The translations under genes and the position numbers were made by a program. The notes below the pieces were generated by a model. That model was not told where the DNA came from and made no database searches. It saw only the letters and a list, made by a program, of their open reading frames with translations. From Epiperipatus broadwayi (Eukaryota > Animalia > Onychophora), in assembly GCA_028023455.1 (NCBI GenBank), contig JAQFVV010000002.1, positions 21,700,001-21,764,000 of the forward strand: a stretch of DNA of 64,000 nt, in the 5' to 3' direction. Shown piece by piece: positions 50,780 to 64,000 of this stretch (positions are counted from its first letter, which is position 1; each line of letters starts with the position of its first letter).

Positions 50780-51139
50780 GAGAATATTAATTTTTTTTCA
50801 TAGTAATTTTGTTGAAAAATTTTTTTTACTAGATTAAAATTATATGGGATCATCCACAATTTTATGAAAAAGAGAAGGAAGATTCAAATTAAAACTATTT
50901 TCTTTTTCTTATTGGAAATATTTTTAGGCATTGATTATTGTAAGGGAATAGCTCATTTAAATTAAGTGTAAATTCATTAAGAAGAATCAGAAGGAAATAG
51001 TATTATATATGTTACATAAAACTATATGGATATTGCAGGATATTGATCAATATTTGTTAACTTGGGTTTATCACATTAAATTATTTTTTAATTTTATTTG
51101 TTAGTTAATTTTTTTTAAAAATTAAAATAATTTCCAAAG

Positions 51140-51560
51140 TTACCTTTTGATGTCTAGCTATTTGTTTTGTGTATTACCAGTGTTTGTGATTGATTTGATC
51201 ATAGAGTTGTGCTTTAAAGATTTGTAGGTTATCCTATAGCATGAATTAAGCATGTATATTTTTTCTTGTTCATAGTAGGATCCTTATGATCCCCAGCTAT
51301 TTAGGCATAATGGTATTTGCAATATATATCTATGAATGTATAAATATGGTAAACCAGATAATTTTTGATAGAATGACTTGGATGTATTAATATCCACCTT
51401 TAAAGTCCATATACTTCACTTTATAGATTTGATAATTAGTTTACTGATGTCCAGTATATTCATGGTATTTGATTGCCTAAAGAAATGTTCATGATTAGCA
51501 TTGGCATTATGATTCCAATATTTTTTGTTTATTATTGTATATATTTTAGCACTTAAAATG
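51140..51560 (-). mobile_element. Possible highly degraded PLE reverse transcriptase fragment
   Basis: Minus: KLSGLPYLYIHRYILQIPLC...GS*GSYY loosely follows LYGLPKIHK..IPLRPI...GSPTY. Confidence 0.3.
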
Positions 51561-52300
51561 TGTGTTCATAGAAATTTTGATGATTGCTTTTATAATATGA
51601 TCTAAATTTATCATTGTCTAGGTAATGATTAGCTTAGATTTGAGGATACTTCTTTTGAATACTGTCACAAAGGAAGATTGTTGATTTGGTTATCGATGAT
51701 GTTATTTTTATCATAAATGTTGCTTATTATTTATCCCTGTTATTTTTTCCTCATTTTATATAGTCAGTATAACTGATGCTTTGGTGGATGACTATGATGC
51801 TTTTAAAGATGATGATTTCCATCACTCTTTCTCCACTTCATGTGAGTATCATTACAAATGGTGCTTAGGGTGAGGAAATATCATCAATCCTTAATCCTCT
51901 TCATTATGTAATGTTACAATATACGTAGTAGCTATACACCATTTCAGATTATTTTCATCCAGTCATATTAATTTAATATGTGAAAATTTGAACCAATCTT
52001 TGATTCCAAAATCAAAAGATAATTAAATAACATACTTAATTTACAGACCAAAGCAGGAAAAAATGTATATAAACTATCAGCCCTATGTATCATTGGCAAA
52101 AAATATTGAAGTGAGATCTCAGTATTTTGGGAATGATAATGAAAAACTTTCCAAATTATTAAAAACAATTCGAAATTGTGAATATGTGCTGCCTACATAC
52201 TGTCCCGGGACAGTACACTTTATGTTTTTACAATGCTACATTACTAATTAAGAAATGCTTGTTTTTATTTTTTGTCCACTATGATCATAATACCATTATT

Positions 52301-52550
52301 AAACCACTAAACATCACATGATCACCATTCTTTATGCTTATACAAGCTGTTTACAAACAGGCAAAACTCTCCATACAGCATACTCTCAGATCCAAGGCTC
52401 CTCATTGATGAAAGCCACAAACCAGAAACTAGTCTATGATATTGGATGAGTAGGCACTAGATAGGGATTTTATGCACAATCTTTCTGCATCCGTTGATTA
52501 CTCTGTCTTGCACTGAGTAGTGCTGCTGAATGGAGAGTTTTTCCTTTGGG
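52301..52550. mobile_element. HHR family B hairpin insertion, tail on the left
   Basis: HHR at 52400-52439 (CCTCA-TTGATGA-AAGC-cacaa-ACCA-GAAA-CTAG-TC-TATGA); 13-bp TSD TAATAC(C/T)ATTATT at 52288-52300 and 52551-52563. Confidence 0.8.
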
Positions 52551-53134
52551 TAATACTATTATTTATGATGGGGAATAACAATGAATTGAAAAAACATAAA
52601 CAAGTGTCACAAGCACCATTAAAAAGGAAACAAGAAACTGAAATGAAGTTAAGATGAATATATTGCAAGAAACTATGGCAAAGATATGCAACTGCAATCT
52701 TAAAGTTTAATTTGAAAAGAGAAAGATATCACATGTGAAATGGATGGTTAAAATAAGATTTTTTTGAGGTGAGTGATGTAAAGAAAAGAATCTAAGAGTT
52801 GGACAGCATTCTATGGACTTTGAGATTAAAAGCCTGCTGTTTTACCACTGTAATTAACTACACAAGCAATGAAGATGATGACAATCTATCACTACTCAAC
52901 TTAATTTTTACCAAAAAAAGAAGAAAAGAAAGTTTAAGGTAGATAAACAAATAGATCTAATTTTACATTTGTAGAACGTTTTTAATTAGATTTATAAAAA
53001 ATGATTATCTGGGTAATTATTGAATATTTAATAATAATCACTAATATATAGAATATAAGTTGTGGAAACTAAGAGATCATAGGATTCAAAAATTTCAAAC
53101 TAGCACTCAGCCTGTTATTATTTAACTAATGCTT

Positions 53135-53335
53135 CGTTTTGCTTTAAAATTCTATATCCAAGAATCTAAAGGTGTAAATTCGATTCCTAGGCAATACCGT
53201 CTGGTCAGGCCAGCAACATCTGAAGAGCAAAGAATAATACCACTTAAAACGTCGTGTAATCTACTAACTTGTGTTGTCTTAATGTGTTATTAGTAATAAT
53301 TGTTCGTATTTAAAAAAGTTTAAATAAAGTTAAAA
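53135..53335 (+). mobile_element. Stand-alone PLE family A terminal repeat (3' half of tRNA-like segment + HHR)
   Basis: CAAGAATCTAAAGG..TTCGATTCC, GGTCAGGCCAGCAACATCTGAAGA, AAAACGTCGTG; aligns with 5125-5320 (-). Confidence 0.65.
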
Positions 53336-53392
53336 AAATAATATAAAAAAAAAAAAACTCATTTTAAACACATTTTAATTACTTTTAAACTT

Positions 53393-53646
53393 AAAACAGG
53401 CAAAACTCACTATATATATTGCCATACACTGCAAGCTAGAGTAATCAATGGAAGCCAGAAGGCTTGTGCATAAAATCCCCATCTAGTGCCTACTCATCCA
53501 ATATCCCGGCATTAGATGGGAATTTTATGCACAAGCCTTCTGGCATCCATTGATTACTCTAGCTTGCTGTGTGTGGCAATATATATAGTGAGCTTTGCCT
53601 GTTTTAACAACAGTTATACACAAGCATAAGAGCTGGTCATGTGATG
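53393..53646. mobile_element. HHR family B near-perfect hairpin insertion (HHR part lost)
   Basis: About 100-bp arms; tail on the right; 14-bp TSD TTACTTTTAAACTT at 53379-53392 and 53647-53660. Confidence 0.85.
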
Positions 53647-53715
53647 TTACTTTTAAACTTGTATGTCTGCGTGTGCATACTTACGTAAGTAAATAAATTA
53701 TAAAAAATTATATAC

Positions 53716-53781
53716 CCTTTTAATTTTAGGTGCATCATGGGTGAATTTAGCTAACCCTTCAGCAGCTTCTATCTGAATAAA
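53716..53781 (-). CDS. Exon of armadillo-repeat gene (FIQIEAAEGLAKFTHDAPKIKR)
   Basis: Strong acceptor TTTTTTTTTCTGATTACAG, donor AGG|GTATAT, 66 nt, phase 0-0, ARM-like helix. At least one further exon is needed to reach the phase-1 exon at 26237. Confidence 0.55.
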
Positions 53782-54807
53782 CTGTAATCAGAAAAAAAAA
53801 TTAAATGCAATCATTAAGTAAAATTGTTTTGTTTTTTTCTATGCATTAAAAAAGAGAGGGGGTTGTCTTTTTAAACAAATATTCTACAGCTTTTGCATTT
53901 CATCTATCTGATTTCAATTACTATAATCAAAACGGATGTAATATAGACAAAATGGCATATTATACATCATTATTTTCGGCAGTTAACACACTAGATTGGT
54001 ATTTGTTGCCGCTATATGAAGACAAAATATATTATCTTCTTATACTTGCGGATTTTGCATAATACAGAAATATTTTGTATATTACTGTTCAATGAATACT
54101 TCCTTACAATTGTTCTTCTTCATATATTATCGGATTTTCAAACCCATCCCTTTCCTGTCTCTCCTACCCTTTCTCTTGTGCTCTTTTTCTCTCTCTTACT
54201 TCTCTTTCTTTCTGTCGAGTCAATTCAAATGGTTGTTTTTTTTTATAAACATTTTTTAATATATATTTTATGCATTCTATTTCATTTTAATTCATTTTTT
54301 ATAGCACTTCTATTGATGAATTCTTTTAATAATTTAAAAAAAGTATATGATACGCTCAACAAATAAACATTTAAGTGCGTGTCTGTGTATATATGTAAAT
54401 GCTCATTTATTGAAATATATTACACTACTATCATTCTATCATTAATACAAAAACAATCATCTGAATACTTACTGGAATTTAAGTTCATAATATGGCATTA
54501 CTTCGGAATATTATTTCAGTCCGTCCCCCTTCCCTCCCCCATAAGTTTTAAGATAGCGTCAGAGTGATAGGTTTGAAAACTTAAGATTCCTGAATATAAT
54601 ACTAAATCTGTCACTTCTGGCACTTGGACGTCATACGAACTTCTAAACAGGTGTGTTCACGTCATTAATATGATATTTTGAGCCAAAAAGATATTATGCA
54701 TGCTGACTCTTTATTATTCATAAAATTTAAAAAATATCGTTGGTAGATTATATAAATAAGCTTCAAATAGGTGCTATATCAATGCAATTTCCTCGAACAT
54801 CAAAGTT

Positions 54808-54913
54808 GCACTGGTGGTCGAGAGGTCAGTGCGGCTGCCTTGCATTTGCAGGCAGTTGCCCGGGTTGCGAGTTCGCATCGCGGCCGATGCTATGACACTT
54901 AAAAAAAAAAAAA
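54808..54913 (+). mobile_element. tRNA-Gly-derived SINE
   Basis: GCACTGGTGGTCGAGAGGTCAG...GGCCGATGCTATGACAC + poly(A). Confidence 0.75.
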
Positions 54914-55029
54914 GTTCAATCATGTTTATAATTAAAATAGGAATTTTTTGTTTTCTAAGTTCTGATATTGGTAATAGGTTAGAATGATGAAAACTAAAAT
55001 ACCATCAAATATTACATGATCACCACAGT

Positions 55030-55328
55030 AGTGTCACTGTATGGAGAATTTTGCCTGTTTTAATAACAGTTGTGAGCAAGCATAAGAAATGGTGATCATA
55101 TGATGATCAACATTGCATATGCTTACACATGATGTTAATAAGAGTACTAAATTCTCCATACCATAGTGCAACCAAGTGCATGCCTTCATAATCAATGGAT
55201 GCAGGGAACTAAAAACTAATCTGGGGATGTTGGATGAGTAGGCATTAGATAGGGATTTTATTCACATATATCCATTAATTACAAAGGTTTGCACTTGGTG
55301 GCACTAATCTATGGAGAGTTTGGTACTC
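55030..55328. mobile_element. Two adjacent HHR family B remnants (55030-55110 tail piece; 55141-55328 hairpin)
   Basis: CTGTATGGAGAATTTTGCCTGTTTTAATAACAG tail; second piece has AAAACTAATCTGGGGATGTTGGATGAGTAGGCA and inverted ends. Confidence 0.65.
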
Positions 55329-55505
55329 TTGATAACTAAAATAGTAAATTTTAAATTACTCAAGGTGTTCTTGCAAATTTAAATGAATTAATTTAGACTT
55401 TGATTTTGATTTACAATAAAGAATTAATTTCTACTCAACAAATAGCATTGAGAAATTATATTACATATTTATCAACTCTATAATTATTGTATGTTTTATA
55501 TAGTA

Positions 55506-55997
55506 CAATGTGCCCCACTAAGGTGATTAGTTCTCTTTTCAGGCTGTCTGTAGTGTCATCTTTGAATCAATGCATTTATTATAAAGTAACATAGTTAAAC
55601 TATTTAACACAAAAAATTTTAAGACACTTGTAACTGGGTAATGAATTATGTCATAAAATGTGAGATTATACTTTAACCCACAATAAAAAAACACAATAAC
55701 ATTAAATTTTATTTCAAATTGGGCAAAACTGTTACTGAATATTTCAAGTGATTCAAACTCTACATAGTGGTGAAACTATGAAACACAACAATGTTTTCAA
55801 ATGATTTGCATGAAATTACCACAATAAGATACACACTGTCACATTTAATGTCACAACTCATGGCTTAAACATATTAATGCATTCAATTTTTATTGTGAAT
55901 AACTAAACTACATTGCTAGGTAACATATTTGCCAATTTAGAAATGGTGTTACAGATAGTTTGGAGAGGCATCAGTCACCTTTTCATTGGACTTACTA
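55506..55997. mobile_element. Tc1/mariner-type MITE family D, copy 4
   Basis: TA|CAATGTGCCC ... CATTGGACTTACTA|TA; body aligns with the other copies. Confidence 0.65.
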
Positions 55998-57427
55998 TAA
56001 GCATACACACATCTATTCTATATTTATGAAATGATAAGTGAAACAAGAATTGGTACCAAATGACATAGTTACTAAAAATCCCTGATGTAAATATGTAACA
56101 AAATGGCCACTCTTATAAAAAAGAAGAAACACTTGTTAAAAAGTCTGGCGGATGAAAACATCTGTAATAAAAAGTAGTTTTCTAAAAAAAAAAAAAAGTA
56201 TAAATAATTATTTGTTTAACAATAAACCTGCTCTGGCATAATTACATATATGTTAGAAGAAAAAAAGGTGCATGATATGAAATAATTACAGTGTAATGAG
56301 GGAGGGGGGTAGAACATGAATTCCTCCTCATAGATAAACAATACAATACTTTATCATGAACATTTTTGGTAATACTTTTATATGATTCTGATGTGCACTT
56401 CATTCTCTTTTTACATGAATTTTTTTTCACACGAGTGTTTTTAAAATAACACATTGGTAAAAAAAAACTATAAAAAAATTATCTGTTATTATCATCTAAT
56501 TTTTAAAAAATGTTTCATCTCTTTATTTCCTATTATTTATTTTATTATTTGTTTGTTTTTTTTTTTTTTGATAATTTTTTATAATTTTTGATATTTCCCA
56601 TTATTTTAAAAACAAAAATATCCTTTTTGGCATTATTCTTGCAAATGAAGAAATTTGCCTGTCAGCATTGTAACATTTTTGATGTTTTGTTTAGAAAGGG
56701 GAAGTGTCCTTTTGGTATTAATGCTTTGTTTGCATTTTACATTAGGTTTTAAAAAAAGTGTTCATTGTCGGTGTTAAAAAATTTCATTTTATCTAAATTT
56801 AATTGTAATAATTGAATTTGTAAAGTGCATACTCATTACATAAAGTAATATATATTAAGGCTATTGTAATATATGCATTTTAAATTAAACGTACATACGA
56901 AAGTATCTTATTCTAAAATATTATTTTATTGTTAAATCTTTAAATTTTGCTACTAATATTTTAATCATAGACGTTAGCTTGAAATGCAATCAATTGTAAC
57001 AAACTAATTAAACAAATAATGAAGGAATTTAATTAGCAGAACCCAATTTAATTAAATCCCACCTTAATTTATAAGAGTTACTCCAGAAAACAAAAGAAAG
57101 CAAACAGATAAAAAGGGTGCCATTTTGAAAAGAACACAGCGTTTTAAGTGAATTCGAGAAGAGCATAAGTTGCAAAAGAACAGCTTGGGAATTGCGTATT
57201 ACCCTTGTGAAGAAAGAAGAGAAGTTAGACGTAGAAACTATACGTTCAGAATTATCGTGCAAGTATTCATTATCGTGTGTACGTAGTGTATTTTTCTAAC
57301 ACAGCTCGGCAGGAATCAGAACTTTGTATAAACTGTAAATTAGTAAGTACCGATCTGTGTTGAGAATTAAACCAACTAGTTCACAAATTAACTTTTGTGT
57401 GCAGTAATTGAAGAGCCAATATACTGC

Positions 57428-57942
57428 AGCTACAACCTTAAGACTGTGTGACTGAAAAAATGACAGTAGGGACCTCTGCAAATCTTTAACACAAGATTTA
57501 TTTAAATGACAAGAGCGGCTGCTCTTATCTTCAACCTACTTTCTAAATAAATAGGAGAATCTAAAGCATTTTTATTGGAGAGTGTAAGACTATTAAATAC
57601 CTCACTGATTAAGTCCACAAATTCTATAACACATTAACATTCATGAAATCTTTCAATTTACAAGTCAGTGTTGAGATCTTATGCTTAGAAATCTTTTAAG
57701 ATAATATAAAGTTGTAATAATTAACTTTATAAAGTGCATATATAGAATCTGTGGACTTAATCAGTGAGGTATTTAATAGCCTTATGCTCTCAAATCAAAA
57801 TGCTTTAGATTCTCCTAGTTATTTAGAAAATATGTTGAAGATAAGAGTGGCCGCTCTTGTCTTTTAAATAAATCTTGTGTTAAAGATTTGCAGAGGTCCC
57901 TACTGTTATTTTTTCAGGTGCATAGTCTTAAGGTTTTAGCCT
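57428..57942. mobile_element. MITE with ~200-bp TIRs
   Basis: CAGTAGGGACCTCTGCAAATCTTTAACACAAGATTTATTTAA and its exact reverse complement; arms pair in to 57628/57745. Confidence 0.9.
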
Positions 57943-58073
57943 TAATATATATTACTAAATTTAATTGATTAATTTGTTAAATTTAAATTATTAAAAATCA
58001 ATAGAGGTAAGTTATGCATTGGATGCATATTTTTGAATTTATATTTTGTTAATTAAATCTGCAATATTTTCTA

Positions 58074-59875
58074 TTGCCTCATACAATATCAAATAATTCA
58101 CCTACAAAAAAGACAATGAAAGAGATTTCTTTGGAAACTAAAATGCAAATTTTAGATTGTCTTGCAATAAGAGAAGAAGGAACACCTGTAGAAAAGCATT
58201 TTGGTTTACATAAAGCTACTATAAAAATTATTAGAGATGATATTAAAAAGTTGGTATGTTCTGGAACAAAATTGAGTGCTAGATCATTATTTTACAGAAG
58301 AAATATTAAGGAGAAAATGGAAAAAGACTTAGTAATGTGGATAGAAGAGATGTCAGAAAAAAGATTATCACTAGATGGAAATGCCATCAAGCAGCAGCAC
58401 TAAAAATTTACAAACAATTTTAAAAAATTGAGCTAGGCACTTCATCTTAATTAAATAAGGTAATGTAAATTTTTGCAAATACAGGATGGATGACAAAGTT
58501 TCTTGAAAGACTTGCACTTCAAAACATTAAAATGAAAAGTGAAACTGCAGATGAAACAGCTGCCAAAGAATTTCCAAAAAAATTAGTTAAAATTATTGAA
58601 AATAGAGGATACATTCCTGACCAAGTTTGAAATGTTGATGAAAATAGACTTTTTTGGAAGAGAATGCCAAATAGAACATACATAGCAAAATCACAGAAAA
58701 TTTCTGATGGTTTCAAAGTAACAAAAGGTTGTGTCACTTTAGTATTACGCTCTAATGCTTCAGGAGATCACATATTGAAACTTCTGCTTGTTAATCAAGC
58801 CCAAAGATCATGTTTAATGAAAGATGAAGATTTGAATAAATTGCCAATTCACTGGATGGCAAATAAAAAAGCTTGGGCCACAACTAAAATTTTTATAGAA
58901 TGGTTCAATAAATATTTTATTCCAGAATTTAGGTGATATATGAATGTCAAAGAGCTAGAATTTAAAATTTTATTGATTCTAGATAATGCCCACAGCAATC
59001 CAATCTTGGAATGCCCAAATGTACAATTTTGTTTTTCGCTGCCTAATACCACATTCTTGATTCAACTTATTAGACCAAGGAATTATTACAACATTTAAAA
59101 CTTATTATGTAAAATGAACATTTCAATAAGTTTTGGACAAACTGAATGATAAAACATCAAGTAGCATAGATGTGTGGAAGAAATTTTCGATTCTGGATTG
59201 TGTGAATCAAATTGGATTAACATTACCTAAAATAAGATCTTCAACTTTGAATGAATGATGGAAATATACTTGGCCAGAATGTATGAAAATCAAAGATCTT
59301 TTTGTCTCTAATATAACAGAATTTCCCAACATCACAATAATAGCCCACTTAATTGGTGGAGAATGATTCAATAACATGTCATCTGAAGATATCGATGAAT
59401 TGTTAGTTGATAAAGCTTTTTATGAGAAAGAAATTAAAACTCCTGATCCTAAAAAAGAAAATGATAATGAAATGATGATCTAGGGTTAAATGCTAATTTA
59501 ATTAAAGGTCTTGATCTAGACAACCAATTAGGTAATCATTTTATCAAACATGATCCTAATGAGGAATGAGCTTTAAAGTTTCAATGACATCTGAAATCAT
59601 TAATATTGTTTTATAGAGAATTATATAAAGACCTAGCCACTATACAAACCTGGCCATTAATTAGTAAATTCATTCATAAAAATGTAACATTAACACTACA
59701 AGACATTAGCGCTAGTGTTTTTCGGAAGTTTGTGGAGAGAACTCCATCAATGGAAGAACACAATGATCAAAGCATTGTTAGTGATAGCAGTGATGTTTCA
59801 AGTATTAGTGATAGTAATGGTATTCCAATCATGCACAAACACATCAGTTTATTGTCAGAAAGTGATAGTGAATAA
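58074..59875 (+). mobile_element. Tigger/pogo-type DDE transposase pseudogene
   Basis: CENP-B-like HTH (ISLETKMQIL; MEKDLVMWIEE), NVDENRLFWKRMPNRTYI, SNASGD, WMANKKAW, KILLILDNA; multiple stops and frameshifts; TIRs not identified. Confidence 0.9.
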
Positions 59876-60077
59876 AATCTTGCTACGTATAACTCAAATT
59901 ATAAATTCTGCCTAATTTCTATTTCGTTGATTTTTTATATTTTTTTATTTTTCAAATGAAATATATGTTTCCATAATTTATTTTTATTTGTGTGCAATGT
60001 TTATGAAGTAAAATTTGATAGCATGAAAAAATATAACATTCTAATGAAATTTTTTATGATTTATTTAATTATAATAA

Positions 60078-60295
60078 AGTGAAAGGTTGAAACCTTGGAC
60101 AGAAGCTCCTTGAAAATACTTATGTGACAGCCAATCAGATGTAATAATGACTGCACGTGGAACTCTCAATTCAAGAACACAAGCCAGAACTATGAGAAAA
60201 GAATTGAGACTTCTATATGCAGTCATTATTACATCTGATTGGCTGTCACATAAGCATTTTAAAGGTGCTTCTGTTGAAGGTTTTAGCTTTTCACG
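60078..60295. mobile_element. MITE-like hairpin, ~77-bp arms
   Basis: CTTATGTGACAGCCAATCAGATGTAATAATGACTGCA and its exact reverse complement. Confidence 0.85.
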
Positions 60296-61799
60296 TTATT
60301 ATTAGATCATCTTCTAGTGCTTAATAAATTTAATATATTTTGATTTATTTAATTATTTTTGCTGAATTCTTACATGTGGAACAAATCTTTTTACTTTCCA
60401 TATATACAATGCAATGTATTTTTTTTACATGCTATTAAGTAAAAAGAGAATTAGGTATATAATAATTTCATGATTAAGTGTGGGCAAAATAAAACTTTTA
60501 AGCAGAAAATAATAAATAAACTATTAATAATTATTCAATTAACTATAAATTTGCTCTTACCCAATTAATAAAAGATTAAAGTGTAGTGTGTGCTTATAAA
60601 ATATGTTAAATAAAGAGAATAAAATCATAATTAGTGTTTTATTATTATTTTTCTGTCTTTGGAAAAAGAAAAAACAATGGAATTTAGTCAGGGCTGAAGA
60701 CAAAGGGGGCAGTGCCCCATATATATAATAAAATACATAGTTAAATACATATTATACATCCATTACATACATAAAATTAATCAATCATCGATATGACTTT
60801 GTGATGTTTAATCAACTGCATTGAAAATTTAAAAATTACATTAAATATTATCATTAACAACTGCATAGTATTTGTTAAAATTTTGTATAATAAATTAGAA
60901 TTTTCATTGTAAAAAATGCACTTATTAATGTAATACTGAAAAGTTTAGGGAATTAATAATTCAGTAAGGTCACAAGAATATTTTTCATGCTTCAGGTGAA
61001 TTAATAATTCACCTAAATTATAAATTAAATTAAAATACTATTATAAAATATTTATAAAATACAATATATAAAATATTTCTTCATATCAAATTTAGTATAA
61101 ATTTAATATATATTAAAACTGGGATTTAAAAAAACAGAAATGTGGAAAGATTAAAAGAATTTTGAGTTGTGGACTTTGAATTGTAAATGAATATTAGACT
61201 TCCTGAAGCCCACCTTGCAAGTAGCATGCATTAGTATGTAAAACCAATTACATCCACATGGAAATCATACTTTAAAAATCTTCATAAACTTCTACTTAAA
61301 GATAGTAACTTATGAAAGTACAAAATAAACTGTTATCATGAACTTCAGAAAATTGCAAAGATAGCAACATTAAGATTACATAGATGAGGGTTGTAGACTC
61401 CTGAAATGAAAAATCCCTGTATAATGTTGGCAAACAAGAAACATCTCAACAGACAAATATACTTTCTATAGAAAGAGCTTTTCTTTATCTAGGCAACCCA
61501 ATAAAATTACTTCAGCTTAACATTGATGGTACATCAAAATCAGTAATGGAAATAAAATTTGCAAATTAACTGTTAAGCCCTGTACTTCAGGAGATTCCTC
61601 CTTCTTTTTATAACGCACCTCTTCTTAAAATTATTGAATGAGTACATTAAATATTAATAACATCCATTCTTAACATAGTATGACTACTTTTTTTTCAAAG
61701 CAGTTTGTAAAGCAAACAACTACTATAAAAAAATAGGTTAAATCATATTGCAAATCACCTTCCAGGAAGTTAATTTTTATATATGCCAATATGTATTCC

Positions 61800-63535
61800 T
61801 ATACAACTTGGCTCAACACTTGTCTTCCATATCTTCTTGTATCTTATGCATTTATAGAAGATTCTGATTCTCATAGTAGTTTTTAGGGTTAGAAGAATGG
61901 AGATCAAACCAGAAAGAACAATGAGGGGAACATAAACAATTTCTGATTTATGTTTTATTTTGATAAAAAAATAATTCACCATACATGCCAAACATTGGAT
62001 CTTTTCCCTCATTGTCATCATATACTAAGTCAAATCATTCTTGAAATTAACATTCCTGTAGGTGAAAATGAAGCTAAATAGAACTGATGATTTGCTACAT
62101 AAGTTTAACAGGACATTCTTAATAGAATCTTTCCAATGAATTGGTCTAACAAACTTATAATAATAGCTGCAAAAATGTCCATCTCTTCTCCCTCCCCCAA
62201 ATATCGAATACAATTCATTCCAGATTAGCTCAAACTCATAAAATACTTTTTCCAGTCAGTTTTATCTACCCAAGATCCAAAAATTGCTGACAAACTTGTA
62301 AAATTATTGGATAGTGCAGACAAAAAAGGAAACCTCAAGTCCTATCATTTTTCCATAAGGTCAGTGTTTGAGAAAGTGTCTCTAAAATAATTACTATTGT
62401 TACTGCTAATGAAATTCCAATCTTATATATTAGACTTCTATACTCAAAGTGATAGAATGAGAAAAAGCATTCTTGAACAAAATTGCAATCTTCTCTTTCT
62501 CAATATTCCTCTAATATCAATCTGATCAAATTATTAAATATTGATGAACTTGAACATGTTCTTGATTATCTTAAAACAAGAAAGGCCCCAGGAGCAGATA
62601 GCATACTTGCAGAATTTCTAAAAAAAAAATGGATCTAAAGACAAAGCTAAATATTATTCATACAGAAACTATTCCAAAAATTTGGCATAAAAGCAAAACT
62701 ATAGTAATCTTAAAATCAAATAAACCTAGCACTGATCCAAAATTGTTTTACCAATCATTATTATGTGTTCTCTATAATATTTTTGGAAAGAATCATACTA
62801 ACAAGAATGTTTCCAATAGTTTGGAACCATCCAATTCTAGAGCAGGCTGGTTTTAGGCCATGAAAAAGGTGCTGTGAATAAATTTTAACTTTTTTAAAGG
62901 AAGTTTTGCATTGAAAAGAGGTAGTTTTTGTTTATGCATACTGTGGTCACTAGGTGATGCTGCAGAACCACCAAGAAGCCTGCAAGTGATAAATTTCTAT
63001 ATGAAAATGGCTACCACAGGTTTCAGGTTTGTCATTTACTTAATGTATTCATTAATGATATTCCAGAAACAAATACAGAAAAATCATTAATGCTGATAAT
63101 ATTGCTTTGATTTTTCAAGTTTCTTTCCTGAAATAGAAAAGACTTTTAAAAGAGATGAAAAGAATTGAAATCTTTTTTTCAAAGACTGGAACCTTATTTG
63201 TAATTTAATAAAGACACTATGGTCAATTTTGTATCTAAGGAAACATCTCATAATTTAAATATAATCTTTTTATAATAGTAGACTGAAACACAATCCTATC
63301 TCATGCTATCGATAGCCTAACTTATTTTTTCATTCATCTAAGATTCAATCAAAATTATTTTCTAGGAATAATTTCCTTGGAAAGTTGTCTACCATTACTT
63401 GGAATTGTAATGCAAATATTTTACAAACAGCTTTACTTTCAGTGAGCTTCTTTAGCAATAGCATATTTGGTTGGTGAAATTTGTGTCCTTGTTTAGAGAA
63501 AAAATTCCCACACTAAACTTTTGAATATTCATTTT
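61800..63535 (+). mobile_element. Degraded I/Jockey-group LINE (endonuclease end + RT)
   Basis: DLCF, AAKMSI...FIP, LKTRKAPGADSILAEFLKK, IPKIWHKSKTIVILKSNKP, GLPQ, FINDIPET, ADNIAL in shifting frames. Confidence 0.75.
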
Positions 63536-63539
63536 AAAT

Positions 63540-64000
63540 ATCATTATCAATAACAACCATTATCACTCCACTACAGAATGAATGTTTCTCCAAGTTCAAT
63601 CCATCTTCTCCGATCTTTATCTTCTCTTCTCCACATCACCCCTGCACACTTGCTTATTCCATCCATCTATCTCACATGTGGTCTCTTTCTGGGTCTTTTA
63701 CAATTTCTTGGAATCCAGTTTAAAATTTTAATTATCCATCTATTATCATCTCTTCTAGCAATATGGCCAGACCAACTCCACTTCAGTCTTTTAATTTTTT
63801 CAATGAGGTCAGTAACACCTGTTTGTTCTCTTACCCATATATTGCATTTTCGATCTCTTCTTGTTACTCCCAACATGCATCTCTGCATATTTCTTTCAGT
63901 GGTCTGAAGTCTCTGTATTGCTCTCCTATTAAGTGTCCAAGTCTCAGATCCATAAGTAAGAACTGGTAAAACACATTTATTAAAAACCTTCCTTTTCAAA
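63540..64000 (-). mobile_element. RTE-clade LINE 3' part, same family as 2150-3528; runs off the window
   Basis: KRKVFNKCVLPVLTYGSETW...WSWSGHIARRDDNRW...KRPRKRP; aligns closely with 3065-3520. Confidence 0.9.

Noticed and set aside
61770-62213. Two minus-strand ORFs suggesting a membrane protein
   Set aside because: They are antisense to the endonuclease region of the + strand LINE.

Overview
AT-rich, repeat-dense eukaryotic (invertebrate animal-like) DNA with a 500-N assembly gap at 13311-13810; no prokaryotic features, CRISPR array or rRNA. The only supportable host gene is a minus-strand armadillo-repeat gene whose small exons (53716-53781, 26110-26237, 18785-18838, plus two tentative ones) are spread over more than 35 kb. 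Its introns hold decayed LINEs (RTE x3, an I/Jockey-type copy, a young L1/Tx1-type copy), a Tigger/pogo transposase, several MITE families, a tRNA-Gly-derived SINE and many Penelope-like element (PLE) pieces. The main signal is a set of at least five distinct minimal type-I hammerhead ribozyme (HHR) lineages. One coding PLE family carries a tRNA-like A-box/B-box cassette just upstream of its HHR in the terminal repeat. Several short non-coding HHR elements insert as asymmetric hairpins (one arm has an extra 30-50 nt tail) with variable 9-18 bp target-site duplications. Also notable: an unrecognised 246-codon ORF fused to a 261-bp tandem array, a 1.7-kb-arm inverted repeat, and CpG-focused decay of transposons. 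All calls are from reading the sequence by eye; no searches were run.
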